Shown piece by piece: positions 14,117 to 23,012 of a DNA stretch of 34,414 nt. The notes under the pieces were generated by a model. That model was not told the origin of the DNA. It did not search any database and was given only the letters and a program-made list of their open reading frames with translations. The translations under genes and the position numbers were made by a program. This DNA is from a virus. How positions within the stretch are numbered: position 1 is the stretch's first letter; each line of letters begins with the position of its first letter. The stretch lies in IMG/VR virus record IMGVR_UViG_3300045988_042009; one strand, written 5' to 3'.

Positions 14117-14180
14117 CAAGCGCGGAGCTTCACGCCGTCACTGTACATTTTTTCTCGCGTTAGGATTTGAAAGGTAAAAA

Positions 14181-14543
14181 ATGAAGAAAATCAAGTGTTC
14201 AATTTGTGGTAAAAAGTTTGAACCCACATCCAGCAGGTCGAAATATTGCAGTGAGAAATGCCGTAAGGACGGGGCTAGAGAGAATCAGCGGAAACTGATG
14301 AAGAAAAAGCGTGCGGCAAAAAAACAGGAAAAAATCAAAAAAGTTAATCCTAACATTTTGCCTTCCAAAAAACGCAAAAAAAGTAAAAATTTTCTAAAAC
14401 ACTATCGAGATTTTAAAAAGCGGATTTTGGCCAACGAGGAAAAATTTAACTTTGTCAGCAGAACATTGGTCGAAGGTATCGAAGTGCACGAAGATAACTT
14501 TGAGCAACTAGTAACCGAAAAAATAAAGGAGCAATCAAAATGA
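14181..14543 (+). CDS. Zn-ribbon, highly basic DNA-binding-type protein (possible small terminase substitute)
   Basis: 120 aa. CSICGKKF...YCSEKC gives C-x2-C-x14-C-x3-C, followed by a Lys/Arg-rich segment. The position suggests TerS but the sequence is not typical of TerS. Confidence 0.6.
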   Translation: MKKIKCSICGKKFEPTSSRSKYCSEKCRKDGARENQRKLMKKKRAAKKQEKIKKVNPNILPSKKRKKSKNFLKHYRDFKKRILANEEKFNFVSRTLVEGIEVHEDNFEQLVTEKIKEQSK

Positions 14544-15805
14544 ATTACTATGGAATGGGCTATCTTAGGAGAAAACTAGCCCTCTATCAATTGGGCGTCA
14601 AAAAGCGCTATCGATATTATGCGATGGCAGATAGAGAAGCCTCTCGCAGTATTGTTATGCCAGATAATGTACGAGATATGTATAGGTCAGTTTTAGGATG
14701 GACAGCCCACGGAGTGGATGCACTGGCCGATCGGATTATTTTCCGTGAATTTGCAGATGACGACTTTAATGCGACAGAAATTTTTAATGCTAACAATCCA
14801 GATATTCTGTTTGATACAGCTATTCAGTCCGCCTTGATTGCATCTTGTTGCTTTGTGTATATCATGCCTGGCAATCAGGATGAGATACCTAGAATGCAAA
14901 TCATTGAGGCTAGTCGAGCGACTGGAATTTTAGATCCAACAACATTTTTACTTACGGAAGGCTATGCGGTCTTAGAACAAAATGAGTACGGTGTACCAAC
15001 CCTTGAAGCGTATTTTACAAAGGATGCAACCTGGTACTATCCAAAATATGGCAATGAATATTCTATCAGCAATCCAACCGGTCAGCCGTTATTGGTCCCT
15101 ATTATCCATCGACCGGATGCAGTACGTCCGTTTGGCCGTAGTCGTATCACACAAGCTGGGATGTACCAGCAAAAAGCTGCTAAACGTACACTTGAGCGGG
15201 CAGAAGTAACTGCAGAATTCTATTCATTCCCGCAAAAATATGTGTTAGGGCTTAGTCAAGAAGCAGAACCAATGGAAAAGTGGAAAGCGACTGTGTCAAG
15301 CTTATTGCAGTTTACTAAAGATGAAGATGGGGACAGTCCAACGGTTGGTCAATTCACAACAGCTAGCATGTCACCGTTCGTTGACCAGCTTAAGATGTAT
15401 GCCGCTTTGTTTGCGGGTGGTACAGGATTGACTATGGATGATTTGGGTTTTCCATCTGACAATCCGTCATCAGTAGAGGCCATCAAAGCAGCTCACGAGA
15501 ATTTGAGAGCGGCAGGACGAAAGGCACAGCGGTCATTTGCTTCTGGTTTACTGAATACTGCTTATGTGGCAGTTTGCTTGCGGGATGAGTTCCCATATTT
15601 GCGCAACCAATTTATGGCAACATCAGTCAAATGGGAGCCGCTCTTTGAGGCGGACGCAAACACATTGACTATGATTGGTGATGGTGCTATTAAGCTCAAT
15701 CAAGCCATTCCTGGATTCGTTGGAAGTGATACTATTCGTGATTTGACAGGTATTAAGGCATCAGATGAGCCACTTTCTACAGTAGGTGGTGACGGAAATG
15801 GTTGA
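14540..15805 (+). CDS. Portal protein (SPP1 Gp6-like)
   Basis: 421 aa. Size, position before a MuF-family gene, and the conserved-looking stretch FPQKYVLGL...GQFTTASMSPFVDQLKMYAALFAGGTGLTMDDLGF..NPSSVEAIKAAHENL. Confidence 0.8.
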   Translation: MNYYGMGYLRRKLALYQLGVKKRYRYYAMADREASRSIVMPDNVRDMYRSVLGWTAHGVDALADRIIFREFADDDFNATEIFNANNPDILFDTAIQSALIASCCFVYIMPGNQDEIPRMQIIEASRATGILDPTTFLLTEGYAVLEQNEYGVPTLEAYFTKDATWYYPKYGNEYSISNPTGQPLLVPIIHRPDAVRPFGRSRITQAGMYQQKAAKRTLERAEVTAEFYSFPQKYVLGLSQEAEPMEKWKATVSSLLQFTKDEDGDSPTVGQFTTASMSPFVDQLKMYAALFAGGTGLTMDDLGFPSDNPSSVEAIKAAHENLRAAGRKAQRSFASGLLNTAYVAVCLRDEFPYLRNQFMATSVKWEPLFEADANTLTMIGDGAIKLNQAIPGFVGSDTIRDLTGIKASDEPLSTVGGDGNG

Positions 15806-17192
15806 GGACGTCATCCCTGGGCTACTTAAGCAAATCAAGACAGATTTCGAGCGTGGTCAGCTAAGCAGTTCAACGATTAAAGGGCTACTCGATAAACTCG
15901 GACAGAAACAAGCAAACTATTTAGATGCAAATGACTACGCTATAGAAATGGGTGAAATTCTTTCTAAGGTTCTAGGAAGCTCTCTAAGCAACGACACATT
16001 GCCAGACGGTAAAATGTATTACAATATCGCAAAACGACTCTTAAACGAAACATTAGGCAGGAATTATGAACTTGTGAGTAGTTATGCTAGTGATGTTCAG
16101 AAACAATTGAATGAACGCGCTAATATTCACCTCAAAACACAAATACCTGCATTGAATCAGGATAGAATTGATGGAATCGTCAATCGTGTTTCTTCTGAAC
16201 AGGATTTTGATGATATTAAGTGGATTTTGCAAGAACCAATTGTTAATTTTACTCAAAGCATTGTGGATGATAGTATTGAGAAAAATGCAGAATTTCATCA
16301 CAAGGCGGGATTGCAACCTGAAATTGTTAGAAAGTCAGTCGCTAAGTGCTGTGATTGGTGTCAAGAGGTTCAAGGTATCTATAAATATCCACGAGTTCCA
16401 AAAGATATTTATCGGAGACATCAACGCTGCCGTTGCATAGTTGATTATGACCCTAAAAACGGGAAAGTTCAGGATGTTTGGAGTAAAATATGGCGGAAAC
16501 AAAAGGATAGTGATAAGATTAAAGAAAGGAAAGGGTTAAACAAAGAAGAGAATATCAGCGTTGTTAGAAAAAGCGCGTTGCAACATGGAATTAAAGTTAA
16601 TCCTATCAAGAGATCTAAAGTAAAAAAGACTGAAGAAGCAATTATTAAAGCTGTTGGAGGGGGAGACCAGACAAAGGGGTCTTGCTCTTCTCTTGCGCTG
16701 GCCTATATTGGCAATAAAGCAGGTTTTGATGTTTTGGATTATCGTGATGGAAAAAGCAGAACTTTTTTTGCAAGCATGCTAAACATCAAAAACATTAGTG
16801 AGTTGCCGAGTGTTCATTCGCATGTTGTTGCAGATACAAACGACTTTACTGCTGTGAAAAAATTAATTGGTCAAATGCAAGATGACAAAGAATATTATTT
16901 AGCAACAGGAAAGCATGCGGCAATTGTGCGAAAAAAAGAGGGGCGGTTCCAATACTTGGAATTGCAAGCTCCTTTTGAAGGTAACGGGTTTAAACCTATA
17001 ACCAATGCAGTTTTAAAAGAGCGCTTTGGTTGTCAACGTTCTCATTCAGTGTATGGACAAAAATTACAAGTTCCGAATGTATTAATAGATTCTGATAGTT
17101 TAGGAGAAAATGAAGAATTTCAAAAGATTCTAGGATTTATTAATACTAAGAAAGGTCAGCAAAATAAAGGAGATAAGGGCTATGTCAAATAA
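15798..17192 (+). CDS. MuF/SPP1-gp7 head-morphogenesis protein fused to a C-terminal Cys/His (C39/papain-like) domain
   Basis: The MuF signature CCDWCQEVQG...RRHQRCRCIVDY ends near aa 220. A linker follows, then DQTKGSCSSLALAYIGNKAG (Cys300, TGC at 16683-16685), GKHAAIV (His377) and YLELQ (Glu392). Numbering is from the ORF-track start at 15786; ATG 15798 is the more likely start. Confidence 0.8.
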   Translation: MVEDVIPGLLKQIKTDFERGQLSSSTIKGLLDKLGQKQANYLDANDYAIEMGEILSKVLGSSLSNDTLPDGKMYYNIAKRLLNETLGRNYELVSSYASDVQKQLNERANIHLKTQIPALNQDRIDGIVNRVSSEQDFDDIKWILQEPIVNFTQSIVDDSIEKNAEFHHKAGLQPEIVRKSVAKCCDWCQEVQGIYKYPRVPKDIYRRHQRCRCIVDYDPKNGKVQDVWSKIWRKQKDSDKIKERKGLNKEENISVVRKSALQHGIKVNPIKRSKVKKTEEAIIKAVGGGDQTKGSCSSLALAYIGNKAGFDVLDYRDGKSRTFFASMLNIKNISELPSVHSHVVADTNDFTAVKKLIGQMQDDKEYYLATGKHAAIVRKKEGRFQYLELQAPFEGNGFKPITNAVLKERFGCQRSHSVYGQKLQVPNVLIDSDSLGENEEFQKILGFINTKKGQQNKGDKGYVK

Positions 17193-17481
17193 CGATGATT
17201 TTTTAGAAGAACTATCTGAATTAGCTAATCAAGAAGATGACAGAATATGGTCTGAATCTCATTTAGATGGTTATAGTGACTTTTATAAAGAAAATGAAGC
17301 TTCGAAAGTTTGGTGGATTGATAAACTAGATGCTATAGGTGAGCATTTGTTTAGTTTTGACCAGAAAAAAATCTACAACTTGTTTGTGGACTATCCACAT
17401 AATATGATGGACAAGGAAGTTGAAATTTTTGATAAAGAAAATCCGTATTGGAAAGAATTTTTATCAAATAGAAAAAAATAA
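17182..17481 (+). CDS. Small acidic protein; candidate cognate immunity or inhibitor for the MuF C-terminal domain
   Basis: 99 aa. Overlaps the MuF stop by 11 nt. AAAGGAG SD. Rich in Asp and Glu. Followed by a hairpin and T-run. Confidence 0.6.
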   Translation: MSNNDDFLEELSELANQEDDRIWSESHLDGYSDFYKENEASKVWWIDKLDAIGEHLFSFDQKKIYNLFVDYPHNMMDKEVEIFDKENPYWKEFLSNRKK

Positions 17482-17489
17482 TCAGAATG

Positions 17490-17512
17490 GCGCTCGAAAG
17501 GGTGCTTTTATT
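17490..17512 (+). terminator. Weak intrinsic terminator after the MuF/acidic-ORF pair
   Basis: GCGCTC-GAAA-GGGTGC (6 bp, two G-U) followed by TTTTATT. Confidence 0.4.
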
Positions 17513-17534
17513 ATGCTCAAAAAGGAGAAAGAAA

Positions 17535-17786
17535 ATGAAATACAGAAAGAAACCTGTGGTGATTGAAGCGGTAAAATGGACAGGGAACAACGTCAAAGAC
17601 CTTGCTAATTTTATGGGTGAGTCACAAATTAACTATGAAATAGAAACTCGTAAAATGTTCATCAGAACATTAGAAGGGATTATGGAAGCATCGGTCGGCG
17701 ATTACATTATCAAAGGCGTGCAAGGTGAATTTTATCCATGCAAGCCGTATATCTTTGCTGAAACATACGAAAAAACGGAGGAATAA
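17535..17786 (+). CDS. Small phage protein (KKPVVIEAVKW ... GDYIIKG..GEFYPCKP pattern)
   Basis: 83 aa from ATG 17535, which lies after AAAGGAGAAAG. The ORF-track start at 17487 lacks an SD. Confidence 0.6.
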   Translation: MKYRKKPVVIEAVKWTGNNVKDLANFMGESQINYEIETRKMFIRTLEGIMEASVGDYIIKGVQGEFYPCKPYIFAETYEKTEE

Positions 17787-17788
17787 AA

Positions 17789-18040
17789 ATGTTAGAAAAA
17801 GCAAAACAATTAGCATCACAAGAATTTTCGCGTCTTTCAGGCCGTGAAATTAAAGCAGAAGAATGCTTTATCGTCTGGTTTAGTAAAACCTTGCAGAATT
17901 GGAAGGCCCTTGTCAGCACGAATGCAATTTCATCAAACGAGAAGTGCGGTGACTATGCAGAAATTACTCATAACGGTGATAAGAAAGAAACTTATGTAGA
18001 TGTATATGCAAAAGTTTCAAATCGGGCTATTAAAGATTAG
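17789..18040 (+). CDS. Small hypothetical phage protein
   Basis: 83 aa. SD GGAGGAA. Tightly coupled to the upstream ORF. Confidence 0.6.
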   Translation: MLEKAKQLASQEFSRLSGREIKAEECFIVWFSKTLQNWKALVSTNAISSNEKCGDYAEITHNGDKKETYVDVYAKVSNRAIKD

Positions 18041-18102
18041 GAGGTGATCCAATGTCTCCCAGCGATAGGGTTATCATGCGATGACGATTGAAAGGAAAGG
18101 TT

Positions 18103-19518
18103 ATGGTTACTAAAACTAAGACTAGATTTGGCAATCAGCATCCTACTCAATCGGTAACTTTACATTATACTGATAGCTTGGCTCAGGAAGCCATAGAGTT
18201 TTATCAAAAGTCTGGTCGGGATTGTTATCCTTGGCAAGTATCTTTGCTTGAAGCTATTATGGCCATAAATGATGACGGTCTGTGGGTGCATCAAAAGTTT
18301 GGTTATGCTATCTCTCGACGAAACGGTAAGACAGAAGATGTCTATATTGTGGAGTTGTGGGGTCTGCATAAAGGACTTAGAATCCTGCACACCGCTCATC
18401 GTATCAGTACGTCCCATTCATCTTTTGAGAAACTTAAAAAGTATTTGGAAGACATGGGCTATGTGGACGGTGAGGACTTTGTTTCAAACAAAGCAAAGGG
18501 ACAAGAGCGTATTGAGTTCAAGGAAACTGGAGCGGTTATCCAATTCCGTACCAGGACATCAAATGGTGGTCTGGGTGAGGGATTTGACCTGCTTATCATT
18601 GATGAAGCCCAAGAGTACACTGCAGAACAGGAATCAGCTCTCAAGTACACGGTAACAGATAGCGAGAATCCGATGACTATCATGTGCGGGACGCCGCCAA
18701 CGATGGTATCAACAGGAACTGTCTTTGCTAGTTACCGCAAAAAAGTTCTGGCTGGCAACAGCGAGTATTCGGGCTGGGCAGAGTGGTCTGTCGAAAACAT
18801 CCACGACATCAACGATGTGGATGCTTGGTACTTGACTAATCCGTCAATGGGCTATCATCTCAACGAACGGAAGATTAAAGTCGAACTCGGAGATGACGAA
18901 CTGGATCATAATATCCAGCGTCTGGGTTATTGGCCGACCTTCAATCAGAAATCAGCCATCTCAGAAAAAGAATGGTATGACCTTAAGGTTGAACCAATGC
19001 CTGGACTTAAAGGTAAGCTCTTTGTTGGAATCAAGTACGGACAAGACGGGACCAATGTTGCAATGGCAATTGCTGTGCGGACGGATGACAAGCGAATATT
19101 TGTTGAAAATATTGATTGTGTCTCTATTCGGAATGGCATGCAGTGGATTATCAATTTTATCAAATCTGCAGACATTGAGAAAATTGTTGTCGACGGTGCA
19201 AGCGGACAAGAACTGCTAGCAGCAGAGATGAAAGAATTTGGAATCCAGAAACCAATCTTGCCAACAGTCAAGGAAATTATCACGGCTAATTCGCTTTGGG
19301 AGCAGTCGATTGTGCAGCAAACGCTTTGTCACAATGACCAGCCTTCGCTGACTGCAGTTGTGACCAATTGTGACAAACGCAACATTGGCTCAAATGGTGG
19401 CTTTGGCTATAAGTCGCTATATGACGACCGAGATATCAGTTTAATGGACAGCGCTTTGCTGGCGCACTGGGCATGTTATACAACGAAGCCTCGTAAAAAG
19501 CAAAAAAGTTATTACTAA
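18103..19518 (+). CDS. terL: Terminase large subunit
   Basis: Walker A-like SRRNGKTE and Walker B LLIIDEAQE, with a C-terminal nuclease-type half. ATG 18103 is preferred; TTG 18088 is possible. Confidence 0.85.
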   Translation: MVTKTKTRFGNQHPTQSVTLHYTDSLAQEAIEFYQKSGRDCYPWQVSLLEAIMAINDDGLWVHQKFGYAISRRNGKTEDVYIVELWGLHKGLRILHTAHRISTSHSSFEKLKKYLEDMGYVDGEDFVSNKAKGQERIEFKETGAVIQFRTRTSNGGLGEGFDLLIIDEAQEYTAEQESALKYTVTDSENPMTIMCGTPPTMVSTGTVFASYRKKVLAGNSEYSGWAEWSVENIHDINDVDAWYLTNPSMGYHLNERKIKVELGDDELDHNIQRLGYWPTFNQKSAISEKEWYDLKVEPMPGLKGKLFVGIKYGQDGTNVAMAIAVRTDDKRIFVENIDCVSIRNGMQWIINFIKSADIEKIVVDGASGQELLAAEMKEFGIQKPILPTVKEIITANSLWEQSIVQQTLCHNDQPSLTAVVTNCDKRNIGSNGGFGYKSLYDDRDISLMDSALLAHWACYTTKPRKKQKSYY

Positions 19519-19521
19519 GTG

Positions 19522-19543
19522 AGTGCCGCAAGGTGCTTTTTTT
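19522..19543 (+). terminator. Weak hairpin plus T7 after terL
   Basis: AGTGCC-GCAA-GGTGCT with two G-U pairs, followed by TTTTTTT. Similar in design to the hairpin at 17490. Confidence 0.4.
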
Positions 19544-19593
19544 AGTGCACAAAATTACCGAACTGCCGGGAAAGCAGGAGAAAGGATATTTAT

Positions 19594-20058
19594 ATGTCAG
19601 ATTTTACAGCAATCACTACACAAGAAGAGCTTGACACAATTGTGAAGGCGCGCTTGGCTCGTGAGAAAGAAAAGTACGCAGATTATGACCAGCTCAAAAC
19701 TCGTGTGAGTGATTTGGAAAAAGAAAACGGTGTGCTGAAGTCAGCAGCTGAAGCAAGCAAGAATAGTGCTGCAGATTACGATAAACAAATCGCAGATTTG
19801 AAGAAACAGGTAGCTAGTTATGAGACAGCAAGCTTGCGTACTCGTATTGCTTTGCAAAATGGTCTGCCAATTGACCTTGCGGATAGACTGCAAGGAAACG
19901 ATGAGGAGAGCCTGAAAGCTGACGCAGAGCGTTTGGCCAGTTTCGTGAAGCCGGCTGAACCAAAGGCACCACCAAAATCAAATGAGCCGAATGTCGGTTC
20001 AGAAAATGACGAAGATGCAGCACTAAAAGGAATGCTGCGAAATATGAGAGGAGAATAA
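19594..20058 (+). CDS. Scaffolding protein (DUF4355-like)
   Basis: 154 aa. Coiled-coil and acidic. Immediately upstream of the major capsid gene. Confidence 0.75.
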   Translation: MSDFTAITTQEELDTIVKARLAREKEKYADYDQLKTRVSDLEKENGVLKSAAEASKNSAADYDKQIADLKKQVASYETASLRTRIALQNGLPIDLADRLQGNDEESLKADAERLASFVKPAEPKAPPKSNEPNVGSENDEDAALKGMLRNMRGE

Positions 20059-20061
20059 TTT

Positions 20062-20952
20062 ATGGCAACATTGCAATCAGGGGATATGTTCCCTGTACAA
20101 ACAGTACAAGATATTTTTAGCAAAGTAAAAGGGCATTCAACCCTTGCGAAACTTACCACACAAGAACCTATTCCATTTACTGGTACAGAAACATTTGTAT
20201 TCAACCTTGAAGGAAACGCTGAAATTGTAGGTGAAGGAAATCCTTCAAGTGCTGGAAATGCAACTATGAAACCAAAAGTGATCAAACCAGTTTTAATTAC
20301 TTATCAAGCGCGGGTTTCGGAAGAATTTGTACATTGTTCAGAAGAAAAACAATTATCATATCTTAAATCATTTATTGATGGTTTGGCTAAGAAAGTGGCA
20401 CAAGCAATTGATATTGCTTCTTTCCATGGTTTAGAACCCAAATCGATGACAGATGCTTCTTTTAAATCGACCAACTCGTTTGATGGCTTAATTACAGGAA
20501 ATGTAGTAACTTTTGAAGCGGATAAAATTGATGAAAATATTGATGCTGCTGTTGCGACTATTACAGCAAATGATTGTGAAGTGAACGGAATTGCGTTATC
20601 TCCGGCAGCAGGAGCCGCGCTTGGTAAAATCAAAGTAAACGGAGTAGTTCAATATCCTGAATACCGCTTTGGTCAAAATCCCGATTCATTTTACGGAATG
20701 AAGTCTGATGTTAATAAAACATTGACAACTGTTGCAAGTACAGCTAAAAAAGACCATGTTATCGTGGGAGATTTTGAAAATGCGGTGAAGTGGGGATATG
20801 CAGAAAATATTCCACTTGAAATTATTGAATACGGCGACCCTGACGGAGCAGGTCGAGACTTGAAACGTTATCGAGAAGTATGCCTGCGTACAGAAGTATA
20901 TGCTGGTTGGGGAATTCTTGATGAGCAAGCATTTGCTCGTGTGGAGGCTTAA
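20062..20952 (+). CDS. Major capsid protein (HK97 fold)
   Basis: 296 aa. Position after the scaffold, with typical composition. Confidence 0.8.
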   Translation: MATLQSGDMFPVQTVQDIFSKVKGHSTLAKLTTQEPIPFTGTETFVFNLEGNAEIVGEGNPSSAGNATMKPKVIKPVLITYQARVSEEFVHCSEEKQLSYLKSFIDGLAKKVAQAIDIASFHGLEPKSMTDASFKSTNSFDGLITGNVVTFEADKIDENIDAAVATITANDCEVNGIALSPAAGAALGKIKVNGVVQYPEYRFGQNPDSFYGMKSDVNKTLTTVASTAKKDHVIVGDFENAVKWGYAENIPLEIIEYGDPDGAGRDLKRYREVCLRTEVYAGWGILDEQAFARVEA

Positions 20953-20953
20953 T

Positions 20954-21160
20954 ATGGAATATATTAATAAAGAAACTCTTGCAAGTATTGAAACAGACTG
21001 CGAACTTGGCGGGGATTGGGTCCCCGCTTCGGAGCTTAAAGAGGATTATAAGCTGACTGTTCCTGAAATCAAGTCTAAACTTGATGAACTTGGAATTGAA
21101 TACGATAGCAAAGCAGTGAAATCAGACTTGATTGCCTTATTAGAACAACACGAAGGGTAA
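20954..21160 (+). CDS. Small HeH/SAP-like (Rho-N-like) domain protein
   Basis: 68 aa from ATG 20954, which lies after GGAGG. The C-terminal motif is LTVPEIKSKLDELGIEYDSKAVKSDLIALLEQ. Confidence 0.6.
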   Translation: MEYINKETLASIETDCELGGDWVPASELKEDYKLTVPEIKSKLDELGIEYDSKAVKSDLIALLEQHEG

Positions 21161-21165
21161 AAGAT

Positions 21166-21561
21166 ATGAAGAACTTTGCAACAGTAGATGAGCTGCAGGA
21201 ATTGTGGCGACCTTTAAAGCTTGATGAACAAAAACGAGCTGAGGCACTGTTGAAAGTTGTCTCTGCTTCGTTGCGTGTTGAAGCTGAAAAGGTTGGTAAA
21301 GACTTAGACAAATTGTTTGTAGCCAATGAATCGTATGCCTATGTTGTTAAGTCTGTAGTAGTGGATGTTGTGGCTAGAACTTTGATGACTTCAACAGATC
21401 AAGAACCGATGACACAAGTTTCTGAGGGCGCTCTGGGGTACACTTGGAGTGGCTCTTATCTTGTGCCAGGCGGTGGTCTGTTTATCAAAGATTCAGAACT
21501 AAAACGACTTGGTTTTAAAAAACAAAGATATGGGGCGATTGATATTTATGGTACGGATTAA
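21166..21561 (+). CDS. Head-tail connector/adaptor (Gp15/Gp19-like)
   Basis: 131 aa. Called on position and size. Confidence 0.6.
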   Translation: MKNFATVDELQELWRPLKLDEQKRAEALLKVVSASLRVEAEKVGKDLDKLFVANESYAYVVKSVVVDVVARTLMTSTDQEPMTQVSEGALGYTWSGSYLVPGGGLFIKDSELKRLGFKKQRYGAIDIYGTD

Positions 21562-21889
21562 AGGTATCACCGTGACCTTAATCGATAAGGTCAAGACGGG
21601 TCAGGATGATTTTGGTCACTCAATCTTTGAAGATAAGGAAATCGAAGTTGAGAATGTGCTAGTCAGTCCAACTACATCAGACGATATTACAACACAGCTT
21701 AATTTAACCGGTCGAAAGGCAGCCTATACATTAGCTATTCCGAAAGGTGATACTCATGATTGGGAGAACAAAGAGGTACGTTTTTTTGGAAAACGTTGGC
21801 AGGTATTTGGCCTTCCACTTGAGGGAATTGAAGATTTAATCCCACTTGACTGGAACAAGAAAGTGACGGTAGAACGGTATGAAATTTAA
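21548..21889 (+). CDS. Head closure / head-tail joining protein
   Basis: 113 aa from ATG 21548, overlapping the upstream stop. Called by position. Confidence 0.55.
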   Translation: MVRIKGITVTLIDKVKTGQDDFGHSIFEDKEIEVENVLVSPTTSDDITTQLNLTGRKAAYTLAIPKGDTHDWENKEVRFFGKRWQVFGLPLEGIEDLIPLDWNKKVTVERYEI

Positions 21890-22106
21890 ACTGAATCGTG
21901 CGGGTGTAGCTGATTTGATGAAATCAGGAGCTATGCAAACTGTTTTGAACAAACATGCTATCAATATCAAAAATCGGTGTGGTGATGGATACGAGCAGGA
22001 TGTCTATGTCGGGCGTAATCGTGCAAATGCTATGGTGAGCGCTAAGACAACCAAAGCTAAAAAAGATAATCTAAAAAACAATACTTTACTCAAGGCGGTG
22101 CGTTAA
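21879..22106 (+). CDS. Neck / head-tail joining protein
   Basis: 75 aa. Called by position. Confidence 0.5.
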   Translation: MKFKLNRAGVADLMKSGAMQTVLNKHAINIKNRCGDGYEQDVYVGRNRANAMVSAKTTKAKKDNLKNNTLLKAVR

Positions 22107-22442
22107 ATGATTGAAATTATTATTAAAAAATATCTTGACGGTCATTTACATGTACCGTCTTTTTTTGAACATGAAACAAAAATGCCTGATAGTTTTATCT
22201 TGATTGAAAAGACTAGTGGCAGTGAGCGAAACCATTCTAAATCGGCAACTTTTGCTTTTCAAAGTTATGCAAGCTCTATGCAGAAAGCAGCAGAACTGAA
22301 TGAAAAAGTCAAAGAAGTTGTTAAAGAAATGGTTGAGCTCAATTCCATTAGTGGCGTTCATCTCAATAGTGATTATAATTATACAGACACGGAAACAAAG
22401 CGATACAGATATCAAGCAGTATTTGATATCAATTATTTTTAA
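22107..22442 (+). CDS. Tail completion / tail terminator-type protein
   Basis: 111 aa. Immediately upstream of the major tail gene. Confidence 0.5.
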   Translation: MIEIIIKKYLDGHLHVPSFFEHETKMPDSFILIEKTSGSERNHSKSATFAFQSYASSMQKAAELNEKVKEVVKEMVELNSISGVHLNSDYNYTDTETKRYRYQAVFDINYF

Positions 22443-22457
22443 AAAAGGAGAAATTAT

Positions 22458-23009
22458 ATGTCTAAATCATCAAATGTGACAACGGCAAAACCTAAGGTCG
22501 GAGGTGCAATTTATTCAGCCCCTCTTGGTACAGAATTGCCTACAGATGCAACAGCTACACTCAATGCAGCTTTTAAATCATTGGGCTACATCTCAGAGGA
22601 CGGACTTACTAACACGAATAGCCCAGAATCGGAAGATATTAAGGCCTGGGGTGGCGATGTGGTCAACTCTTCTCAAACTGAGAAAAAGGATACGTTTGGT
22701 TTTACACTAATTGAAGCGCTAAACTTAGCGGTGCTTAAAGAAATTTATGGAGATACTAACGTAACGGGAGAACTAGCAACAGGTATCACTGTCAAAGCAA
22801 ATTCTACTGAATTAAAAGAACATTGTCTTGTTGTGGAGGTTATCCTTAAAGGTGGTGTACTCAAACGTATTGTTATTCCACAAGGAAAAGTGACCGAAAT
22901 CGGAGAAGTAGCCTACAAAGACGGTGAAACGGTAGGTTATGAGACAACTGTTACTGCGTTTCCTGATAAAGAAGGGAACACGCACTATGAATATATTAAA
23001 GGAGCTTAA
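22458..23009 (+). CDS. Major tail (tube) protein
   Basis: 183 aa. AAGGAG SD. The [13 protein letters not shown]-type motif and the position before the chaperone pair support the call. Confidence 0.8.
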   Translation: MSKSSNVTTAKPKVGGAIYSAPLGTELPTDATATLNAAFKSLGYISEDGLTNTNSPESEDIKAWGGDVVNSSQTEKKDTFGFTLIEALNLAVLKEIYGDTNVTGELATGITVKANSTELKEHCLVVEVILKGGVLKRIVIPQGKVTEIGEVAYKDGETVGYETTVTAFPDKEGNTHYEYIKGA

Positions 23010-23012
23010 TAG

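Noticed and set aside
16651-16665. VGGG just before the Cys motif as a double-glycine self-cleavage site for the C39-like domain
   Set aside because: The glycines lie only 7-9 residues before the putative catalytic Cys, so probably inside the fold itself. The upstream residues match the double-glycine leader consensus only loosely. This is too speculative to report as a finding.
16638-17192. MuF C-terminal domain as an ADP-ribosyltransferase (R-S-E motif)
   Set aside because: A YR, an FAS and an ELQ can be picked out, but they lie within about 70 residues in the wrong spacing, and there is no ExE or QxE motif. The Q-C...H...E pattern fits a cysteine peptidase fold better.
19818-20285. 155-aa minus-strand ORF, and similar antisense ORFs at 6031-6592, 18945-19283, 25261-25617 and 29572-30060
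   Set aside because: All lie fully inside strongly supported plus-strand genes, lack SDs and have low-complexity or Cys/Ser-rich composition. They are shadow ORFs.
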